Part shown: one piece after another, positions 57,712 through 64,000 of the stretch
Numbering within the stretch: the first letter of the stretch is position 1
Layout of the letters: every line of letters begins with the position of its first letter
Origin: Nitrosopumilus sp.
GTDB taxonomy: Archaea; Thermoproteota; Nitrososphaeria; Nitrososphaerales; Nitrosopumilaceae
Direction: 5' to 3'
Assembly: GCA_029861785.1 (NCBI GenBank)
Contig: JAOTYR010000001.1
Coordinates: 2,636 to 66,635 of the forward strand
DNA length: 64,000 bases
Notes under the pieces: generated by a model
The model's database searches: none
What the model saw: the letters and a program-made list of their open reading frames with translations, nothing else
What the model was told of the DNA's origin: nothing
Translations under genes and position numbers: made by a program

Positions 57712-60573
57712 CTATACACCCACTTCTATTGAAATGAAATGCATTTCCGGAATATTATCTATGACAATTATTGTACCAATATTAATTCGGTTTCCTTCTT
57801 CCCACATGAAAATTCTTTCACTTCTTGGTTTTACCAAATCATCTATGAATTCTGACAAGAATACTTCAGTCTCTTCACGATCTTTTTCAGTGAAGAAGAA
57901 AATTTCTCCTTCTCTAAATGAAAGTGGAACTTGGATAGAAGTTGGCTCTGATATCTCTATTCCTTCATTTTCAAATATTGATTTTATTATATCAATTCTA
58001 TCTTGTCTTTCCAATTCTACAAACGTTTCATCTGAAACAAATGATGGATCAGTCACTCCTGAAACTTTTTGCAGGTAGGCTTCAAAGGCCTCTTCTTGTG
58101 TATTACCTAAGCCGACATAATATTCTCCTGTAAATGCTGCTCCAACAGCTGCAATTGTACCAAGCTGAGCGACTACTCCTCCAGCTCCTGCGGTGTATAC
58201 TGGAATAAAGTATACATCATGCTCGCCCACTCTATACAAAATATTATCACCAATTCTAGGATTTCTCAGTAAAGTCTTTAATTGAGCAAATTCCGGATCT
58301 CTATCTAATGCTTCTCTGACTGCGGTAGGACCAATTAATTTTGTAGTTGAGTTTAATGGAACTTCATAGAATTGTAAATTTCCTAGATTTGCAAGATCAT
58401 TTTCAACAACCATATAACCTGCAAGGTTTCTTCCTTGAGATCCTCTTAATTCCAGTGAAAGTAAGCCTACAAACTCGGTGGTTTCAAATCCAGGGGGTTT
58501 TGCTTGAATATAATATGTGTCCAAGCCAGTTGGAATTTCATAAAATTCATTGGCTTGAATAAAAGTCTCGACATCAGTTACATGATAGATGTTATACATT
58601 TCTGTTTTCCAATTAAATAATTCCGATGGGTATCGGATTTGTTCCTCAAGCCATTCTGGGATGGGTACAAATTGTTCAGAGTATTGCTCAGAGAACATAT
58701 CCGTAAAGAAATCATCACCTGTTTTCAATAATTGGATTCCACCATCTTGGGTATCAACTAATGCATATCCTACTAATCGCAGATAGGGGTTTCCAACAGA
58801 CCATGGAACGTCACTTGTATCAAATCCGATGATTAATGGAACAAGCCAATACGAATTTTCTCCGTCAGTTACTGGAAGAGAATCTAGTTCTTTTCCAAAT
58901 AAATCATATAAGAAATAAGGATACAAAATTTCCATTCTATCATGTACATCTTTGTATCTCATAATATGTACAGATTCAGTAGGAAATGATAGTAAGAAAT
59001 TGGGTTCAAAAATCCAACTTAACGGAGGAGATACATCTAATCCTCCATCTCCTTCATAAAATACACCGCCCAATTCAGCACTTACATCTCCTCTAGAATT
59101 TGGATATGCTGACCAGGTTTGCTCGAAAAGGCCTCCTTCACCATAATAAATTTCTCTTTCACTGAAAAATTCGCTACTGTCTACTATTTGGCCTCCTGTG
59201 GCATCTAGTGTAAGAAATCCATTTGGGACATGAGTATATACTAAGTGTTCATTATACCACCTATTTTCATTAGCCACAGTTGATGGCAAAACTGGTTTCA
59301 TAGAGGCCGTCCAAAACAAATTGTTATCAAAACGAAGAATATCGTTATCCTCAAAGTCTACGTATGGTATTAAACCAATTTCAGGTTTTAATTTGGCAAA
59401 AGCTGCTTGCCAATCCCAAATTCTAATAACATCTAAAACATCGCTATTTTGTTCAACATAATTGTTAATATTGTTTGGAGAAATATTTTGCAATTTAACA
59501 TCATGATCATTTTCTTGAATACTATTTAGTTCTCCAAGATATCGGTTGACTCCAATTTGTTGAGCGGTATATGGTCCTAAATATTCTATTTTTCTAGAAT
59601 CTGCTATACTGTTATTTACCGAAATAACAGCTATAACTAGAATTACAATTACTAAAATGGTAAAAATTCTGATGTAAACATCTCTCTTAAACATATGAGT
59701 AAGAACTCTGGATCTTATTCTATCTGCAAATGAAAAGGCTAAAAATGCAAAGCCAACTACTAGAACACCACCGATTATGTATCTTGAATTGTAATCAAGT
59801 TGATCTGTAAAAAATAGATTAAAACCTACCCAAATAATTCCAATACCTAAAATACTTTCTATAATAGATACATAATTTAGATATCTAGGTTTTCCTTCAT
59901 TTGAATCCTGAATAAATGATGTGACAACATCTATTATTTTATGAATACCAACATAAATGACTAAACGTAGACCAATTGCTGCTAGTATTGATGGGATTAA
60001 GATTATCAGAGCTGGAATCATTGGAACAACTTGCTCAGTAGCATAATTGGGGTTTGTATCTGGAGTGACAAATGGTAAAGAGAATAATGTTGGCAAGTTT
60101 TCAATTCCTAAAGAATTTCCATCAATGAAAGATACTGCTGCGAATCCAAACATTGTATTTACAAAAAAGGCTCCAAAAAGCAAAATTTTGGTAATTTGCC
60201 ATATTATAAATTGGGGCGTACTTAGTTTGAAATCTTTAAAGCTAGAGATAGTATTTGATATCGACTGTTGTGGTCCCTGAGCAACAAAACCTATAGCAGT
60301 TTTTATTGAATACCAGAAGATCGAGGATCTAGATGCTATATTTACTCTTACAAGTGCTATGGTTGAAAGAATCATAGCTGATACAAGAGAATAGTAAAGA
60401 GGTTTGGTAAATTTTTCTCCAAATTCAGTGAAATTCATTGAAAGTATTACTCCCTGATTTCCTACAATGGCGACAATTGCAATTACAATAATTGCTAAAA
60501 TCCCTAACCGAATGTATTTCCCAGCATCAGGAGGTGGAGCTTGTTTATCAGTAGTGGCGCTATACAAAATCAA
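57712..60573 (-). CDS. UPF0182 family membrane protein
   Basis: About 9 N-terminal TM helices, IRIWD, WYNEHLVYTH..G, EIYYGE, IRYP.ELF and PVY motifs. Confidence 0.8.
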   Translation of the reverse strand: MILYSATTDKQAPPPDAGKYIRLGILAIIVIAIVAIVGNQGVILSMNFTEFGEKFTKPLYYSLVSAMILSTIALVRVNIASRSSIFWYSIKTAIGFVAQGPQQSISNTISSFKDFKLSTPQFIIWQITKILLFGAFFVNTMFGFAAVSFIDGNSLGIENLPTLFSLPFVTPDTNPNYATEQVVPMIPALIILIPSILAAIGLRLVIYVGIHKIIDVVTSFIQDSNEGKPRYLNYVSIIESILGIGIIWVGFNLFFTDQLDYNSRYIIGGVLVVGFAFLAFSFADRIRSRVLTHMFKRDVYIRIFTILVIVILVIAVISVNNSIADSRKIEYLGPYTAQQIGVNRYLGELNSIQENDHDVKLQNISPNNINNYVEQNSDVLDVIRIWDWQAAFAKLKPEIGLIPYVDFEDNDILRFDNNLFWTASMKPVLPSTVANENRWYNEHLVYTHVPNGFLTLDATGGQIVDSSEFFSEREIYYGEGGLFEQTWSAYPNSRGDVSAELGGVFYEGDGGLDVSPPLSWIFEPNFLLSFPTESVHIMRYKDVHDRMEILYPYFLYDLFGKELDSLPVTDGENSYWLVPLIIGFDTSDVPWSVGNPYLRLVGYALVDTQDGGIQLLKTGDDFFTDMFSEQYSEQFVPIPEWLEEQIRYPSELFNWKTEMYNIYHVTDVETFIQANEFYEIPTGLDTYYIQAKPPGFETTEFVGLLSLELRGSQGRNLAGYMVVENDLANLGNLQFYEVPLNSTTKLIGPTAVREALDRDPEFAQLKTLLRNPRIGDNILYRVGEHDVYFIPVYTAGAGGVVAQLGTIAAVGAAFTGEYYVGLGNTQEEAFEAYLQKVSGVTDPSFVSDETFVELERQDRIDIIKSIFENEGIEISEPTSIQVPLSFREGEIFFFTEKDREETEVFLSEFIDDLVKPRSERIFMWEEGNRINIGTIIVIDNIPEMHFISIEVGV

Positions 60574-60695
60574 ACTTTGTTATGGTTTGGTAAATTAATG
60601 TCTTACCAGAATAAACTAATTCTTATCATTATTTTTCCAAAATAAGTGAGTAAAAAATCAAATTTTCTGCTTTAATTTTCTAAAATTTAAGAAAT

Positions 60696-61817
60696 CTAAG
60701 ATATTGTTGCTAAATTTTTACAGATCATGTACACAGCAGTGTAAGTTGGAACTGTGGTATTTTCATTGTCAAAAGGACCAAATTTCTTGTTTTTTATTTT
60801 AAATTCAATTGGACAATTTGCCATGATTTCTACAGTATTTTCATCTAAAAAAGAAGATTCCAAATACGGGTCAAATTTTTGAATATCCCTACACAAAATT
60901 TTTGTTAGCCCACTTTTGCTATTCAATGAACCAGGAAGTCTAAAGATTCTATGAATATCCATAGTAACATTAGGATCAATTTGTGCTCCAATTGTGGTGG
61001 AAATATCTATTAATTTTTTTTGAAAACTTGAATATCCCTCTGAAATTAATTCAGAGACAATTTTTGATCTTTTTGATTTTAACCCAAAAATTTCTTTAGA
61101 AAATCTTCCACGCCAACCTTTGTCTTCAATTTCAGGAAATAATGATCGGTTTGGTTTTAATTTTTTCATTCCGAAGGTTTCTGGTATAGTACCCTTAAAC
61201 ATCAGATAGTCTACTAATTCTGCTCTTTCTCTTGAACCAAGTTGTTGAAATTGAGATTCATAAACATAAACATGAAATCCTTCATTTCCGGAAAAATATA
61301 CTTGAATGTTTTTTTTCTCTACACCTAAATCTTCTATTAAAATATTTGATAGTTTAAAAACTTCTTTTTTGGATTCTTCAATACAGGTTTTGCATGGTAA
61401 AGATTTGATGTTAATTTTTGAAGAATTACATTTTGGACAATAATCACTTAATTTTGATACTTCATTACATTCATTACACTTTGTAACACAATGGTTACTT
61501 CTACATTCCAAGTGAAGGTCTTTAGCATCAATATCAAAAATAAGATCTGCTTCTTTCCAATCTTTTTCATTCATAGGTAGGTTTGGAAATGAGTAATAAG
61601 CATTGGAACAATAAATATCAGAAGGAATGTTCTGCATAAGTAGTAAGTGTAATTCTTTATTGTCTTTTAATGACATATGTCGAATCATGCCAGAATTAAA
61701 TTTTTGAAATCCAAATTCCCGTTCAGATGTACGTTTAGGTACATGAATAAGATCAAAGTGATCAAAATAATATTTTTTGAAGGATTCTTCTAAAAATTTT
61801 ATTTCTTTTGCTCTCAT
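60696..61817 (-). CDS. priS: DNA primase small (catalytic) subunit
   Basis: REFGF, LIFDIDAKD, FSGNEGFHV and IDPNVT.DIHRIFRLPGSLNSK. Confidence 0.93.
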   Translation of the reverse strand: MRAKEIKFLEESFKKYYFDHFDLIHVPKRTSEREFGFQKFNSGMIRHMSLKDNKELHLLLMQNIPSDIYCSNAYYSFPNLPMNEKDWKEADLIFDIDAKDLHLECRSNHCVTKCNECNEVSKLSDYCPKCNSSKINIKSLPCKTCIEESKKEVFKLSNILIEDLGVEKKNIQVYFSGNEGFHVYVYESQFQQLGSRERAELVDYLMFKGTIPETFGMKKLKPNRSLFPEIEDKGWRGRFSKEIFGLKSKRSKIVSELISEGYSSFQKKLIDISTTIGAQIDPNVTMDIHRIFRLPGSLNSKSGLTKILCRDIQKFDPYLESSFLDENTVEIMANCPIEFKIKNKKFGPFDNENTTVPTYTAVYMICKNLATIS

Positions 61818-62842
61818 TACTTTCTCCTTTTTCCAAATTGAAGAGGGTTAAAGATATTATCACATTCAGGAATAGCAAAACATAGATTTTGAGTCTTTAA
61901 TTTTTCACAAGATGGGCAAGAGTATTGAGTACCACTTCCTGATGTTCCTGCAAGGTGATTTAACTGATATAATGTAACTCGTTCATTGTAATCAGGTGCA
62001 TTCTTGAATAATGGAGCTATTTGTTGAACTGATTGATTTCTGGCTAAAAGAAAGGTGGCTAACATGAATCGTCCAGAATGTGGAAGATTCTCGCCTCTTT
62101 CTAGAACTTCAATAGCGTGTTTAATACAAGGAGGATATTCGCCGGTAGTAATTGTGTGAGTTACAAATTTTTTAGATAATGAAATCAATTTATCAACTGG
62201 CTCTTCAAATCCTGAAATCATAGTGGGAGTTTTTGCATTAAAAATTTTTGTAGTAATATAGTTACCTAATTCTTTTCTTATTAATCTAACCGTTTCATGT
62301 GGAGTAAGAAAAACAAACCCCTTTTCTACGTGTCGATTGATTAACTTCCATTCTCTTTCATGGAAATTAATAGAATGTTGGAGGTAATTAGAAACTGGAA
62401 TTATAAAATGATTATTCTGTTCTTTAATTTGAATAGAAAATAAATCGTCAATAATTCTGATTGCTAATTCTTTTTTTGACCCATCAGAAATATTTGCAAG
62501 ATCTTTTTCAAGATATTTTTCTGCACGTCTAGCTTCTGCAAGAGCAAATCTTTTGATTAAGGTAGTCATTCCAGTTAATTTTAGCAAAACAATTGCTAAG
62601 AGAAAAGAAAAAACTTCTCTTTCAAGGACAAAGTCTTTTGAAGCTTCACCATCTATCAAGTCAGATTTGTATATTTTTCCCTCAGTAGAAACTTGAACTC
62701 TGTTGAAAGCTTTATCTATTGATAATTTTAGATCAGGATCAATTCCAAATTGTTGAAGAGTAAAACCCTTATCTTTTAGATATTGACCTGCATCTGCTAA
62801 GAATGGATATTTTGCAATTTCATCTTTTCCTAGAGTAATCAT
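61817..62842 (-). CDS. priL: DNA primase large subunit
   Basis: KYPFL, YPPCI, NLPHSGRF.LATFL, PDY.E.VT.YQ and Y.CPSC...C...C (Fe-S). Confidence 0.92.
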   Translation of the reverse strand: MITLGKDEIAKYPFLADAGQYLKDKGFTLQQFGIDPDLKLSIDKAFNRVQVSTEGKIYKSDLIDGEASKDFVLEREVFSFLLAIVLLKLTGMTTLIKRFALAEARRAEKYLEKDLANISDGSKKELAIRIIDDLFSIQIKEQNNHFIIPVSNYLQHSINFHEREWKLINRHVEKGFVFLTPHETVRLIRKELGNYITTKIFNAKTPTMISGFEEPVDKLISLSKKFVTHTITTGEYPPCIKHAIEVLERGENLPHSGRFMLATFLLARNQSVQQIAPLFKNAPDYNERVTLYQLNHLAGTSGSGTQYSCPSCEKLKTQNLCFAIPECDNIFNPLQFGKRRK

Positions 62843-62932
62843 GAATTATGATTAATAACATAGACTTAAAAATCTGATTTCTGTTTTAGGTTATTTGCTG
62901 ATTTAAATAATGTTTGATTGAGATCCTTCAAT

Positions 62933-63772
62933 ATGCAGATTGGATGTCATGTTTCAATTTCAGGTTCAATAGACAAGGCAATAGATAATGCAATTGAAAG
63001 AAAATGCTCAGCTTTTCAGATTTTTACCCGAAATCCACGAGGGTGGCATGCAAAGGAATTGGCAGATTTTGACATTAAAAATTTCAAAGAGAAGCTAAAG
63101 AATAGTCAAATTGATAGATTTGCCACCTGTGCTCATATGCCATATTTACCAAATCTTTCATCTCCTAAAGAAGAGGGATTTCAAAAATCAGTAAATTCAT
63201 TAATTGAGGAGGTTCAAAGATGTGGAAAGTTAGGTATACCGTACCTTGTGACTCATCTGGGTAGTCACTTAGGAACTGGCGAAGAAGTAGGGATAAAACG
63301 ACTAGTAAAAGGATTAACAAAAGCTGGTCAAGTAAAAAATGATGTAATGATTTTATTGGAAAATACAGCAGGACAGAAAAATTCAGTTGGATCAGATTTT
63401 GCTCAATTAGGTGAAATTTTTAGACAGTTAAAACCAGTGAAGAAATTTGGTGTATGTTTTGACACATGTCATGCATTTGTTTCAGGTTATGATTTAAGGA
63501 CCGAAAAAAGTGTAAAAGAAACTTTTCAGGAATTTGAAAAATATGTTGGAATGGAAAACCTAAAAGTTGTACATCTTAATGATGCTAAAGGAGAAATAGG
63601 TTGTAATCTTGATAGACATTATCATATTGGTTTAGGGAATATCGGAGAAAAAGGAATGGCTACAATAATTAAATTGATAACAAAGAAGAACATTCCAATA
63701 ATATTAGAAACTCCTATAGATGATATTAGAGATGACTTTGAAAATATTCGTATTGTAAAGGAGCTAACCTAA
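62933..63772 (+). CDS. nfo: Endonuclease IV
   Basis: IGCHVSISG, QIFTRNPRGW, HMPYLPNL, LLENTAG, DTCH, HLND and DRH..IG.G. ATG at 62933. Confidence 0.94.
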   Translation: MQIGCHVSISGSIDKAIDNAIERKCSAFQIFTRNPRGWHAKELADFDIKNFKEKLKNSQIDRFATCAHMPYLPNLSSPKEEGFQKSVNSLIEEVQRCGKLGIPYLVTHLGSHLGTGEEVGIKRLVKGLTKAGQVKNDVMILLENTAGQKNSVGSDFAQLGEIFRQLKPVKKFGVCFDTCHAFVSGYDLRTEKSVKETFQEFEKYVGMENLKVVHLNDAKGEIGCNLDRHYHIGLGNIGEKGMATIIKLITKKNIPIILETPIDDIRDDFENIRIVKELT

Positions 63773-63791
63773 AGAATTGGAGAGTGATTAA

Positions 63792-64000
63792 ATGAATTAT
63801 GAAGATGTAATGAAATTGGCACTTGAACGAGGATTTTATTTTCCAAGTTGTGAGGTTTATGGAGACGCGCAAGCTGGATTTTGGGAATATGGTCCATCTG
63901 GTGTAGGATTGAAAAATAAGTTTCTTGAATTATGGAGAAGAGAATTGGTAAGAAGAGACGGAATGCTTGAGATAGATGGATCACAAATAATGTCAAAGTC
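63792..64000 (+). CDS. glyS: Glycine--tRNA ligase (alpha2 type), 3'-partial
   Basis: Translated by hand: MNYEDVMKLALERGFYFPSCEVYG..AGFWEYGPSG..LKNK...WRR. Confidence 0.9.
   Translation, partial: MNYEDVMKLALERGFYFPSCEVYGDAQAGFWEYGPSGVGLKNKFLELWRRELVRRDGMLEIDGSQIMSK

Noticed and set aside
1275..63996. Many antisense or alternate-frame ORFs in the track (e.g. 3818-4165, 7503-7967, 30147-30848, 53613-54068, 57644-58078, 63769-63996)
   Set aside because: They lie opposite or inside well-supported genes, have shadow-like composition and show no motifs. 63769-63996 is the antisense shadow of glyS.
1..64000. CRISPR arrays, IS elements, proviral or defence genes
   Set aside because: No regularly spaced repeats, transposase, integrase or recognisable defence domains were found by eye.

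Overview
AT-rich archaeal chromosomal window whose gene content and order (TFE, aTrm56, GatDE, aIF2, PriS/PriL, Tes, AglB, bacterial-type MetK and riboflavin synthase, cobalamin genes, DnaK system) best fit a Nitrosopumilus-like ammonia-oxidising thaumarchaeote (inferred, not database-checked). Most of it is housekeeping: about 60 CDS, 3 tRNAs (Leu-CAG, Gln-UUG, Gly-CCC) and SRP RNA. I found no CRISPR array, IS element or integrase. Main points: (1) an apparent accessory insert at about 10.1-13.8 kb, with a coupled pair of a transthyretin-like-domain protein and an 867-aa GMC flavoprotein fused to two GXWXG/DUF4334-like repeats; (2) an unannotated C/D-box sRNA at 19849-19908 whose D guide predicts Cm34 on tRNA-Leu(CAA); (3) a deaminase-type amidohydrolase inside the riboflavin operon, with tandem 16-bp operators upstream of ribB; (4) a Lys-rich, SWIB-like candidate chromatin protein; (5) tes-aglB divergent from trmB-dtxR; (6) a doubly disrupted HAD nucleotidase pseudogene; (7) several microproteins missed by the ORF track. 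All family calls come from motif recognition by eye.
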